A DNA stretch of 64,000 nt, from the IMG/VR virus record IMGVR_UViG_3300030333_004050, one strand, 5' to 3'. Shown here one piece after another: positions 52,882 through 62,240 of the stretch; within the stretch, counting starts at the first letter, position 1; each line of letters opens with the position of its first letter. The position numbers and the translations under genes are program-made. The notes under the pieces were generated by a model. That model did not search any database. It saw only the letters and a program-made list of their open reading frames with translations, and was not told where the DNA came from. This DNA is from an uncultured virus (IMG/VR IMGVR_UViG_3300030333_004050) (lineage: Duplodnaviria > Heunggongvirae > Uroviricota > Caudoviricetes).

Positions 52882-54624
52882 ATGGGAGTGGTGAGACTCA
52901 ACATTCCGAGCAAGGCAAAGTTGCCGGATAAGTGGGATGAGATTCGAGAAGACTTCCCCATGCCTTCACCCCGAAAGTATCAGTCAGAAGTCCTATCCGT
53001 AATCTATCACGCTCTCGGCAAAGACGACTTCGATAACATCGTCGTTCAAGCCCCGACAGGTATTGGTAAATCCGCCATAGCAATGACAATCCAAAACCAA
53101 TTCCAATCAGCATACTTGCTCACGCCATCGTTAGGACTGGCGAATCAATACATGAGCGACTATGGTCATGTAATGAAAGAAGTAAGGGGGAGAGCAAACT
53201 TCCCATGTTGGATAAAGAGTGGAACTGCCGACGGCGCGCCGTGTTGGACGAAGCGTGGTGGTGCTTGCCCTCATTCAAAGGAGTTTGACCCCTGCCCGTA
53301 TTACGAACAGAAGTTTGACGCCGCCAACGCGCGCTTGACTCTCTCTAACCCCGCGTATCTATTCCGAGTCATACAGGGCGACCAACGATTCGAGAGGCGA
53401 GACTTCGCAATCATTGACGAAGCACATCAGATGGAAGACTTCTTGCTCGACCTTCTCGGAACTCGTATAACCGAAGCCGACTGGAAAAGGGTTCACGGTC
53501 CAAAGTGGAACTTCCCTATGCACTATCACCCCGCAGACTGGGTGGATGATATTCGAGACTTTGGTAAATCAGCCGAAGCCCATCTCAAGCGCGCTGAGGA
53601 TGAAGACAACGACACCGCAATGAAGACTTATCGTGGCCTGGTCGAAAAGGCGGCGACAGTTATGACACTCCTTCAAGAACCGGAGAATGTAATCGTCAAA
53701 CTTGACAAGAATAAGTTTGGTCGGTTCATCGACTTCAACCCTGTTCGTGTGCGTAAATATGCAGATGAGATGCTCGATACCGTCTCACGGAAGCGCATAT
53801 TCCTCTCGGCAACAATTCTCGACATTGACACCTTCCTTCATTCTCTCGGCCTCGAAGACCAAAAGACACTGTATGTCAATGTGACCGAAACTCCGTTCCC
53901 GAAAGATTGCTTCAACATTCACTACTGTCCGGTCGGTTCAATGTCATACTCCCGCCGTGAGAAAACCATTCCAAAACAAGTCAAAGCGATTCAAGGAATC
54001 ATGGAGAGATTTCCGAACAAGCGTGGAGTCATACTACCTCACTCTCATTACATACGCGAGTCCTTAGTAAAAGGACTAACCGAACTGGGCTTCGAGGACC
54101 GAATCGTGACTCATGGTTCAGATGTCAAAGGACGAGAAGCCGCGCTCGACTATTTCTTCAAGAGCGAGCGAGATGATTTGGTTCTCATCTCAACCTATGT
54201 GACTGAGGGGTTCGACTTCAAAGGCAAACTGGCCGAGTGGTTGGTTCTATGCAAAGTGCCGTATCTCCCGATAGCCAACAATCCGACCATAGAGACGCGA
54301 CTCAAGGAAGACGAACACCAATGGCGGCAAAAGTATGAGGGTGGGCCGGACTGCCCTTACGAGCCACCCACGAAGTATTCTAACGGTATGTGTGGGTCTT
54401 TTGCCTGCCCTGCTCCCTGCAAGAAGTGGTATAATCTTCAAACTGCACTCACAGTGGTTCAAGGCGCGGGGCGCATTGTTAGACAGCCCGAAGACAAAGG
54501 ACACATATTCCTCTTAGACCAGTCATGGGCGCGCTTTCAACGAATGAATGCGGGGCTTCTTCCTTCATGGTTTAGAAATAACATCAAAGAAATGCCGACA
54601 TGGCTAAGGAGATATGTAGCATGA
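52882..54624 (+). CDS. XPD/DinG-family SF2 helicase with Fe-S cluster
   Basis: Q motif PRKYQ, APTGIGKS, GRANFPC...C...C...CPYY, IDEAH, LSAT, EGFDF, KVPY, QGAGRIVR-x-x-x-D-x-G. Confidence 0.92.
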   Translation: MGVVRLNIPSKAKLPDKWDEIREDFPMPSPRKYQSEVLSVIYHALGKDDFDNIVVQAPTGIGKSAIAMTIQNQFQSAYLLTPSLGLANQYMSDYGHVMKEVRGRANFPCWIKSGTADGAPCWTKRGGACPHSKEFDPCPYYEQKFDAANARLTLSNPAYLFRVIQGDQRFERRDFAIIDEAHQMEDFLLDLLGTRITEADWKRVHGPKWNFPMHYHPADWVDDIRDFGKSAEAHLKRAEDEDNDTAMKTYRGLVEKAATVMTLLQEPENVIVKLDKNKFGRFIDFNPVRVRKYADEMLDTVSRKRIFLSATILDIDTFLHSLGLEDQKTLYVNVTETPFPKDCFNIHYCPVGSMSYSRREKTIPKQVKAIQGIMERFPNKRGVILPHSHYIRESLVKGLTELGFEDRIVTHGSDVKGREAALDYFFKSERDDLVLISTYVTEGFDFKGKLAEWLVLCKVPYLPIANNPTIETRLKEDEHQWRQKYEGGPDCPYEPPTKYSNGMCGSFACPAPCKKWYNLQTALTVVQGAGRIVRQPEDKGHIFLLDQSWARFQRMNAGLLPSWFRNNIKEMPTWLRRYVA

Positions 54625-55055
54625 CTGACCCTCGCGCCCAACAATTCAAGGTTAGATTCCCAACATTCGAGGAAGATTTAGAGGAAGCGAAAACGATTTG
54701 TTGCTTCCGTAAGCATTCAACGGGCGAACCGATTTACAAAAACGAAGAGTCTCTATGGAACAGATGCAATAACGAATATCGTAAGTTGGGTTTTCTTCAT
54801 CGACCTAACATGGATGAGTGGGTTGACTTTTGGTATAACAAGTGGGAACAGTTCAGACAGGACCACTTCGACTGGTTGGCTAAACAAGGACCGATGAAGA
54901 ACCTATACTCAACCGTGAAAGCGCGTGATGAAGCATTTGGAAAAGCACTTCGAGAAGCGTATGAGAAGTATGACCCCGACTGGTATGAGAAGTTCAAGAT
55001 GGATAGAGGCAAGTATGACCCCTATGACCCCGATTATGGAAGTGAGGAAAAATGA
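54621..55055 (+). CDS. Hypothetical protein
   Basis: ATGA-coupled ORF. Confidence 0.65.
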   Translation: MTDPRAQQFKVRFPTFEEDLEEAKTICCFRKHSTGEPIYKNEESLWNRCNNEYRKLGFLHRPNMDEWVDFWYNKWEQFRQDHFDWLAKQGPMKNLYSTVKARDEAFGKALREAYEKYDPDWYEKFKMDRGKYDPYDPDYGSEEK

Positions 55056-55330
55056 CTCGGTGGTTGTTGAACAGAACGATACCGGACCAGGTGATGTCTC
55101 CTTCCTTAGAAGATAAGGACGCGCGTATATGCGAAGTAGTTGGAACAGCAGTAATCGAGGAATGTCCGAACTGCAAAAGAGCCGGACCACTGGACGCGCT
55201 CATTTTGGGGCCAGGTGATATGTGGCCGAATTATGCAGTAGTTTGCGGTGACAAAGGATGCGGTGTTTGGTGGGCTTTGGTAGCCGCCTTCCCGCCTCAG
55301 ACTCAATGGCGGTCTGATGTGGATGCTTAA
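55052..55330 (+). CDS. Small Zn-ribbon protein
   Basis: CPNC...C-x4-C. Confidence 0.6.
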   Translation: MTRWLLNRTIPDQVMSPSLEDKDARICEVVGTAVIEECPNCKRAGPLDALILGPGDMWPNYAVVCGDKGCGVWWALVAAFPPQTQWRSDVDA

Positions 55331-55340
55331 GACGGTGGGG
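55327..55340 (+). promoter_or_regulatory. Class II promoter
   Basis: TTAAGACGGTGGGG, ATG at 55358. Confidence 0.7.
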
Positions 55341-55357
55341 AACAGGAGAGAAGAAGC

Positions 55358-57316
55358 ATGGTCCATGTCCGACAGTCAAACGAGAACGCTTCTCAGTATC
55401 ATATCGAAGAGTTGTCACATGAAGTGACCTTGACATTTCTCAGTGCGACTAAAGGTAAAATGGAGTTCTCCATCGAAGTGGATGGAACACCACGAGGCAA
55501 AGTGAATCTCCTATCCCAGCATAGCATAAAGCGACTGGCGAAGGACTGCAAAATAACAGATGACGACTTCATGACTGATATGCTCAAAGCAGGCATGATT
55601 CTCAAGGATGGAGAATACGAAGCCGCCACTCCAATAACTCGTGAGAAGGAAGAGGAAGACACACTGATGGCCGAAGACGGCGTGGACGAAACCACCATCT
55701 CGGACTTCATGACTGACGAATCATTGCTCGACCGAGTCAACGATATACTACACGAGTCAAGAGATATGCCGTTCGTTGGTGACGACGCAAACCTACTACT
55801 GACATTCTTAGTTATCCTGTCCTGTAAAACCGAAACTCCACTGAACCTTGAGATGATAGGACAGTCGGCGGCCGGAAAAACATACATGACTCTAACCGCG
55901 CGTAATGGATTTCCAAAGTCCATGTGCATGGTATTAGCGGGTGCATCTCGTGAGGCTTTGAAGTATGATTATGACGAAGTGGATGATGACGGGAACTTCA
56001 TTGTCAATGTGGACGGGAAGTGCATCATCGTCTTAGAGAAGGACGAATCATACGCCTTCATTCAGCGCATGAAGCCGCTCATGTCCGGTGACGATAAGGA
56101 GTTGGTTTGGAAGACGCCAATGAAGAACGAGATGACTGGCGAGATTGAAACCCGCGACTTCATAATTCGTGGCCGACCGTCGTTCGTGACGCTGACAACA
56201 CGCAACCCCAGTGAGAAAGAACAGGTGACAAGACAACTACTCATGACCCCTCAGACCTCATCAGACAAAGTGGCGAATGTTGTTAGTAATCATCTCGTTG
56301 CTAAGGCACGACCGGAGTCCTTTGTAGTCCACGAAGATTTGACTTTACTTCAAGCCTCGATGCTCACCCTTAGAAAGCGAAAAGTGAGAAACATATTCGC
56401 TCCGCTACTGGCGGCTTTCTTCCCCGCTCGAAGCGCGCAACATCAGCGCGACATAACCAAAGTGTTGTCAGTGATTGACGCAGTGACATTACTACACAGC
56501 CACCAACGCCCGATACAATCGGACGATACTGGAGAATACCTGCTCTCATCTATTGAGGATAATGTCATCGGGCTTCTCCTGTGTGATATTGTATTGCGCG
56601 CGTCACTATCGGGTGTGCCGGACGACGCATGGAACACATATATGCAAATGCAGGCTATGGACGAATCAAAGCGAAGACTGACTGTTGACGCCATCCTACA
56701 ATGGTTGAACCTTCACGCCTTCTCAGTATCTAAGAGCGCGCTGAAAGATAAGCACCTTCCAACTCTTGAGGATGCAGGGCTTATCGAAGTCGCTCGTCGT
56801 GGTGGTGGGCGCGGTGGTGGTCACAAGACATACCGCTTAGTCAAATCACGAGAGGGGCTGATGGACTCATACGCGCTCACGCCATTATTCATCGAAGCAA
56901 TCCGCGACGAATTACCATCTTTGATTTCAGAATATCGAGATGTGTTGGATTCGAGCAAAATGGAAAACGGAATGATTCTGTCCGCTCAACAAGTCAGACT
57001 ACTCCGTTCCGTAGGGTGTCCAGGCAAAAACGCCGCGAAAGTTTGGTCCGCACTGTTCCTTCCATCGTATTTTCGACCGAAGATGAAGGAGTCACTTCTA
57101 TGGGGAGTTATCGGAGATAGTGAACACCGACCAGTTTTGTTTAGCGGTGGTGCATGGTTCAACAAGAAATGGGATTCATCCGCAACCGAAGAATTAGAGG
57201 CTCGCCGAGAAGTGCGCGAGGCAATGAAAGAAGCGTCGAAGGTTGTTGATACTGCGAACGATGAACTATGGGAATCTCTAATGCACACGCATATAGAAGA
57301 AGAATACGAGGCATGA
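55358..57316 (+). CDS. Divergent MCM-like AAA+ replicative helicase with C-terminal wHTH
   Basis: Walker A GQSAAGKT, degenerate Walker B IIVLE, GRPSFVTLTT, Arg finger VTRQ, R-x-x-x-K...A-x-T-x-LH-x-x-QR. Confidence 0.6.
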   Translation: MVHVRQSNENASQYHIEELSHEVTLTFLSATKGKMEFSIEVDGTPRGKVNLLSQHSIKRLAKDCKITDDDFMTDMLKAGMILKDGEYEAATPITREKEEEDTLMAEDGVDETTISDFMTDESLLDRVNDILHESRDMPFVGDDANLLLTFLVILSCKTETPLNLEMIGQSAAGKTYMTLTARNGFPKSMCMVLAGASREALKYDYDEVDDDGNFIVNVDGKCIIVLEKDESYAFIQRMKPLMSGDDKELVWKTPMKNEMTGEIETRDFIIRGRPSFVTLTTRNPSEKEQVTRQLLMTPQTSSDKVANVVSNHLVAKARPESFVVHEDLTLLQASMLTLRKRKVRNIFAPLLAAFFPARSAQHQRDITKVLSVIDAVTLLHSHQRPIQSDDTGEYLLSSIEDNVIGLLLCDIVLRASLSGVPDDAWNTYMQMQAMDESKRRLTVDAILQWLNLHAFSVSKSALKDKHLPTLEDAGLIEVARRGGGRGGGHKTYRLVKSREGLMDSYALTPLFIEAIRDELPSLISEYRDVLDSSKMENGMILSAQQVRLLRSVGCPGKNAAKVWSALFLPSYFRPKMKESLLWGVIGDSEHRPVLFSGGAWFNKKWDSSATEELEARREVREAMKEASKVVDTANDELWESLMHTHIEEEYEA

Positions 57317-57324
57317 CAGTCCTC

Positions 57325-57339
57325 TTCATAAGGGTGGGG
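57325..57339 (+). promoter_or_regulatory. Class II promoter
   Basis: TTCATAAGGGTGGGG, ATG at 57357. Confidence 0.65.
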
Positions 57340-57356
57340 AATCCGTCTGTTGTATC

Positions 57357-58442
57357 ATGGCCCAAAAGAAATTGCCGAAATCAGTTGAAACGAGACTACG
57401 ACCTTACATCGACAGGGGGATTCAGAATGGAATCTTCGTGGATGAAAAGCCAGTGATGGAACTTTTCACCCGCAAAGCGAATGACCCCAACCTTCGTGAG
57501 ACAATCGACCAGTTAGGTGGAATGAAATCACCTGCCGCTCAAGGATTCGTGACCGACTGTGTATTGACCGACCTATCGAACATCCTACGACAGAAGTCCT
57601 ACACCGCCCACATGGATGTGTGGGAAGTAGCACACCGCACCGTTGGAATTGCTAAGGGCAACCCACGCCCAGTATGCTTCATTTACGGCCAGGCCGTTAT
57701 GGAAGACGGCGACGCTGTTATGGAATCCGCAATGTTCTCCATGTCTCTTTGGGATGATGACGCCGCATTGGCTGACGACCTCGTGCGTGGAAACTGGAAG
57801 GCTCAAGTCTCATGCCGAAATCTTGACGCTGAGATGCTCGACCTAAGACCTCTAAGCGGCTTAACTTCATTCAGTGAAGAGGACTACGAACACGCATCGG
57901 CTGAGGACACAGTGCGCGGCCTATACGATGTGACCGCCATTGCTGACCTTGAAGACGACATATCCCGCACACCGAAGGATTACCGCCTCGTTGAGGCTAC
58001 TGTCTCTTATGCGGGTGTGCAAACTTCACGAACCGGAAATCAATTCGGGAAAATCCTTCTCAAGGACGACTCGACCATGACAATGGACGCCATCGAGAGC
58101 GGAGAGAATCTGATGCTGAACTGTATCACAACACCGGACATTGCTTCTCGCTTTGGCCGCTACTCCCGAATCCTCGCTTTGGTATCAACAAAGATGAATG
58201 GCGAGTATGGTCTATCGGCCAACTTAGAAATCGCAGTCGGCTTAGTGGTGGTTGACCCACCGAAGCCCGAAGTGTCAGAATCCGTTGCAGGTGATGATGG
58301 GGCGGACGACGCGGCTACATACTTCGCGGACGACGACGACAGTGAGTCCGAATCAACAGAAGCCACCGAAGAGAAGACCGAGTCTAAGGACGAGGCTCAC
58401 GAAGCACCTTCCACCGATGATTCATGGGATGACTGGGAGTGA
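57357..58442 (+). CDS. Probable OB-fold ssDNA-binding protein (RPA/SSB-like)
   Basis: SMSLWDDDA and SRTGNQFGKILLKD OB-like motifs; acidic tail ending DDSWDDWE; replication context. Confidence 0.6.
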   Translation: MAQKKLPKSVETRLRPYIDRGIQNGIFVDEKPVMELFTRKANDPNLRETIDQLGGMKSPAAQGFVTDCVLTDLSNILRQKSYTAHMDVWEVAHRTVGIAKGNPRPVCFIYGQAVMEDGDAVMESAMFSMSLWDDDAALADDLVRGNWKAQVSCRNLDAEMLDLRPLSGLTSFSEEDYEHASAEDTVRGLYDVTAIADLEDDISRTPKDYRLVEATVSYAGVQTSRTGNQFGKILLKDDSTMTMDAIESGENLMLNCITTPDIASRFGRYSRILALVSTKMNGEYGLSANLEIAVGLVVVDPPKPEVSESVAGDDGADDAATYFADDDDSESESTEATEEKTESKDEAHEAPSTDDSWDDWE

Positions 58443-58446
58443 TTGA

Positions 58447-59346
58447 GTGGCGGCGAAGACTGCAAAGAAAAAGGCTCAGCGATACGCTGACTTAGTGGCG
58501 TCGTGTGACACAGGTGAAACTATGGTTCGCGTCCGTCCACGACACATGAAGTTGCAGGGCTTCTCCGGTGCAGGCAAAAGCACTTTTGCTATCAAGCACT
58601 TCTCCAACCTATCCAAAGGTATGAAGCCCGAAGAGTGCCTAATGACAGTCATAGACTGCGACTTAGAAGGCCAGGCTGACTTAGTAGCACGAGAGGACAT
58701 TTTGCCTCTTGAATTGCGCTCACGATTCTTCCGAAGAGTATGTCGCAACCCCGAAGAAGTCAACGACATGGTGTTGGCTTTCATTGACCTTCACAGGCAA
58801 CACGCTGAGGATTACCCCGAAGGTGTGCGCGTGATGCTCTTTGAGAACGAGGGTGCATACTATCTCTCATGCCGTGACCATTACTCTCAAGAAGTGCATG
58901 GTAAATCCGAAGGAGAACTACTACTGGCTCGTCAACAACAGGCAGTTGCAGAAGGCAAAAAGACCCTGCCTGCTTTTGCTGAGGGTCAAATGCACTCCTA
59001 CAAAGTGATTAACAAACTATTCTTCCAACCATACGAGAGGCTCAAGATAGGCGGTGAACTGTATGGGTATCATTTCCTATCCACCGTCCTTCTCAGACAA
59101 TACACACAGGACTTCGGAACTGCTCAAGAGAAGCAGGTTGTGTCCGCCGCAGGCAGGCCCGACCAAACCGACCCGTTGTTTGACTGGATAGTCGAGTTTG
59201 CTCAGCAACAAAGGACGAAGGGTGGCGAGACTCAAGTGCGCCATACGGCTCATGTCAAGAAGTCAAGAGCCTGCTCTCCGTTCAAGATTGAGAACCCAAC
59301 CCCCGAACGGTTTTGGGATGCGGCTACAAAGCAGGGGATGGCTTGA
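58447..59346 (+). CDS. RecA-like/AAA_24 (Sak4-like) ATPase
   Basis: GFSGAGKS, VIDCDLEG, VKKSR...IENPT. Confidence 0.65.
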   Translation: MAAKTAKKKAQRYADLVASCDTGETMVRVRPRHMKLQGFSGAGKSTFAIKHFSNLSKGMKPEECLMTVIDCDLEGQADLVAREDILPLELRSRFFRRVCRNPEEVNDMVLAFIDLHRQHAEDYPEGVRVMLFENEGAYYLSCRDHYSQEVHGKSEGELLLARQQQAVAEGKKTLPAFAEGQMHSYKVINKLFFQPYERLKIGGELYGYHFLSTVLLRQYTQDFGTAQEKQVVSAAGRPDQTDPLFDWIVEFAQQQRTKGGETQVRHTAHVKKSRACSPFKIENPTPERFWDAATKQGMA

Positions 59347-59910
59347 GTGGAACACCCCGCGTGGTTGATGTGGTCCGGTGGTATTGACGAGAAGACCATT
59401 GATGGATGGGTCGAGAAGTGTCAGAAATTACCAGTGCAAAAGGCAACGACTTTCAGAACCGGAGACACCGGAGAAGAGGACGACCACAGGCGCACTGACA
59501 TACGCTGGGTTGCTAACGACGATGTGTATAGGGAACTACACCAGCGAGTGTGGGATTTCGCTATCCAGGCAAATCAAGTATTCGACCTATCTTTGTCAAC
59601 ATTGCCCCCGCTACAATTCACTGAGTATTCTGAGGCTGGTCATAAGTATGATTCGCACCACGACATAGACTGGATGCGCCAGGACGGACGACACCGCAAA
59701 CTAAGCGTCGTCGTTCAACTGTCTGACCCCGAAGAATACGAAGGCGGCGAACTCGGATTCTCACACACGCAATCTCCGCCCCCAGTTGACATGATGAAGA
59801 AAGGCACAGTAATTGTCTTTCCTTCGTATCATGAACACTTCGTGACACCTATTACGAGCGGTCATCGGAAATCGCTCGTGGGGTGGATAGAAGGGCCACG
59901 ATGGCGATAG
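59347..59910 (+). CDS. 2OG-Fe(II) oxygenase (PKHD/prolyl-hydroxylase-like)
   Basis: QFTEY...H-x-D...RKLS-x-x-VQLSD-x-x-x-YEGG...FPS-x-x-x-H-x-VTP-x-x-x-G-x-R-x-SLV-x-W. Confidence 0.9.
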   Translation: MEHPAWLMWSGGIDEKTIDGWVEKCQKLPVQKATTFRTGDTGEEDDHRRTDIRWVANDDVYRELHQRVWDFAIQANQVFDLSLSTLPPLQFTEYSEAGHKYDSHHDIDWMRQDGRHRKLSVVVQLSDPEEYEGGELGFSHTQSPPPVDMMKKGTVIVFPSYHEHFVTPITSGHRKSLVGWIEGPRWR

Positions 59911-59952
59911 GCTTCCGGTCGCTTGATATACCGAGTCGGGTTCGCTCTTTGT

Positions 59953-61146
59953 ATGAAAGTTCCCTATCTGTCAGCCAGCAGACTCAAGATGGCTAAGAAT
60001 TGCTCTAAACAGTATGAATACCACTACGACCCAAAGGGCCACGATGAAGTGGCTCTAAAACAGAAGTCCAACCACCGTGACGGCTCTCAAGCCGCGCGCG
60101 TCGGAACTAATGTTCACAACGCGTTAGAACACTGGCGAAAGCCCGACAAGGATGGAAAGACAGGCAAACTATCATTCGCTCGTCTGTTGGACCTCTATGA
60201 AGAAGAGAACGCGAAGAACGAAGTTGACTTCCAGTTCTATATGGACGGGAAGCAAATGCTAACTCGTTGGTTCGACCGACGAGGACGACCACCTGTTCGT
60301 ATCATTGACACCGAGCGCGGCTTTGGTTCACACCGCAACCCATACAAATTATCCAACGGCACTCCTGTCTTTGGATTCATTGATGCTATTCTTGAACACC
60401 GAGACGGCACTATCGAACTCGTTGATTACAAAACCGTTCGTGCAAACATGACACAGGCTGAGGCTGACAATTCGATACAGGCTGGAATCTATCTCGCCGT
60501 TGCTCGTGAGTGGTGGCCGGATAAGAAAATCAAGTTCACCTTCGACTTACTACGCTACGGCGTAGTTAGCACGACCTGGACGGATAAGAAAATTGACGAT
60601 TTCAAAATATGGTTGAAGGCTCAGTATGAATGGATTGACTCGATAGAGGAAGGCATTGCTACAATTGGCGACGGGTGCAAATGGTGTGCTTACTCCGACC
60701 TATGTCCGAAGGCACAGGAACTCATGCAGAATGGCGCATGGGATATGATAGCACCCAGTGGTGAAGACTTAGACGAGATGCTAAACGAACTGGCTACAAT
60801 CAAAGCGTCTAAGCAAATGCTTGACCGCAGGCAACGCGCTATTGACGCTCACTTGAAGAACGAAGTATTCGACAGAAATATGCCTGTTGAAGATTGCGTG
60901 AAAGAGACACAGAACTGGTCTATGGTATGGGGCGAGACTACTCGAACTGAGTATGTTCCGTCGTTGGTGCAAGAGTTAGTGCCGCCTGCCGTATTCGGTC
61001 AAATGGTTAGTCTGTCGAAGACTGCCGTTGAGAAGGTTCTCCCCATACTCCCCGATGATGTCGCAACAGAAGTCCGCAAGACTGCCGTCGTCAAACCCCA
61101 ACGGCGAATGAACATCAAGAAAAAGGAAAGCACCATAGATGACTGA
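59953..61146 (+). CDS. PD-(D/E)XK nuclease, Cas4/AddB-like
   Basis: LSASRL...C, GTNVH-x-x-LE, GFID...VDYKT, Q-x-x-x-Y, CKWC-x5-C. Confidence 0.85.
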   Translation: MKVPYLSASRLKMAKNCSKQYEYHYDPKGHDEVALKQKSNHRDGSQAARVGTNVHNALEHWRKPDKDGKTGKLSFARLLDLYEEENAKNEVDFQFYMDGKQMLTRWFDRRGRPPVRIIDTERGFGSHRNPYKLSNGTPVFGFIDAILEHRDGTIELVDYKTVRANMTQAEADNSIQAGIYLAVAREWWPDKKIKFTFDLLRYGVVSTTWTDKKIDDFKIWLKAQYEWIDSIEEGIATIGDGCKWCAYSDLCPKAQELMQNGAWDMIAPSGEDLDEMLNELATIKASKQMLDRRQRAIDAHLKNEVFDRNMPVEDCVKETQNWSMVWGETTRTEYVPSLVQELVPPAVFGQMVSLSKTAVEKVLPILPDDVATEVRKTAVVKPQRRMNIKKKESTIDD

Positions 61147-61480
61147 CAAGAAACCAACCGACGAAAAATATGTTCCATCATCCAAATACGGACGCAGGCG
61201 TAAAGGGCGATTAGGAAAGTCGGACGGAAGAAATGTCAAGCGTCTTTGGACGGCTATGATGAAAGCGGGTGCAACCAGCCCCGACGGCAAACCATTGACC
61301 ACTGGTGAAATTGCGGCTTTGCCGAACCAACCATTCGAGATGAACCGCTTGTCAAATCACCTGGCGAAGAAGCCGCACCTATTCGTGTGCGTAGGAAGTG
61401 AGAAGATTTCCAGCGTGGATGGAAGAACTCGTTATCCGCAGAAGACATGGTTAGCCCTACCGGATGCGTATGACCTATAA
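61139..61480 (+). CDS. Small putative winged-helix DNA-binding protein
   Basis: LTTGEI...MNRLSNHLAKKPHLF...W. Confidence 0.55.
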   Translation: MTDKKPTDEKYVPSSKYGRRRKGRLGKSDGRNVKRLWTAMMKAGATSPDGKPLTTGEIAALPNQPFEMNRLSNHLAKKPHLFVCVGSEKISSVDGRTRYPQKTWLALPDAYDL

Positions 61481-61516
61481 CCTAAAGTTTATATAGGCAT
61501 ACCCCTACCGCTAAAC
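61470..61516 (+). promoter_or_regulatory. Class I promoter cassette
   Basis: 61470-61520 matches 61921-61971 at 47 of 51 positions. Confidence 0.82.
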
Positions 61517-61924
61517 ATGAACACAGGACGCGACCTAACCAACGCTGACAACTGGAACGACACCATAGTCGAAGGACAACGGGGGTATGTTCCCCTCAAC
61601 GACTTCGCAATCGGCTTCGAGGGCATCTCGAATGACAGGCAAAGAATTGTCGTCAATCTCATTAGGGCGGGAGTGTCAATGGAGAACGCCACCTGCGACG
61701 GAGAGAACCCATCCGGTCGAATCCAATACCACATCTTGAGTCCATACACCCTTCGCTACGACATCATAGCGGCTATCACAGGCGAACTACAAACGCCATC
61801 CGACATTGTGCGCGAGAGAAACCTAAGAGAAATCATCATCGGAGTCGAGGACTTTGGTGGAACGACCAATGTCATAGTCGGGTTCTGTTCGCCGGAGAAC
61901 TATGAATATCTCCTTGAGGCATGA
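61517..61924 (+). CDS. Hypothetical protein (class I cassette cargo)
   Basis: Leaderless ATG 28 nt after TTATATA. Confidence 0.7.
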   Translation: MNTGRDLTNADNWNDTIVEGQRGYVPLNDFAIGFEGISNDRQRIVVNLIRAGVSMENATCDGENPSGRIQYHILSPYTLRYDIIAAITGELQTPSDIVRERNLREIIIGVEDFGGTTNVIVGFCSPENYEYLLEA

Positions 61925-61967
61925 CCTATAACTTAAACCTTATATAGGCATACCCCTACCGATAAAC
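61921..61967 (+). promoter_or_regulatory. Class I promoter cassette
   Basis: Direct repeat of 61470-61516. Confidence 0.82.
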
Positions 61968-62201
61968 ATGAGTCACAACCACCCGAACCACCCAGCCTAT
62001 CGCCTCAGCGAGAACGAATTGAGAGCGGCACTAATGGAAACAGAACGCGAAGCGTCGAAAATGCAAGAAGCAATCCTGTTTTACTTCAGCGAGAAGTTCC
62101 GAACAGACGCTACCTTCACCCTCTCAAGCATGACTGCGACCGAAGCCCATCTATGGAGTGCGGCGGAACTAACTATCCACCAATTCGGCAATAATGAATG
62201 A
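61968..62201 (+). CDS. Hypothetical protein (class I cassette cargo)
   Basis: Leaderless ATG 28 nt after TTATATA. Confidence 0.7.
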   Translation: MSHNHPNHPAYRLSENELRAALMETEREASKMQEAILFYFSEKFRTDATFTLSSMTATEAHLWSAAELTIHQFGNNE

Positions 62202-62210
62202 CCTTTCACC

Positions 62211-62224
62211 TTAAGACGGTGGGG
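62211..62224 (+). promoter_or_regulatory. Class II promoter
   Basis: TTAAGACGGTGGGG, ATG at 62241. Confidence 0.7.
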
Positions 62225-62240
62225 TTGCCCCTTTAGGGGC

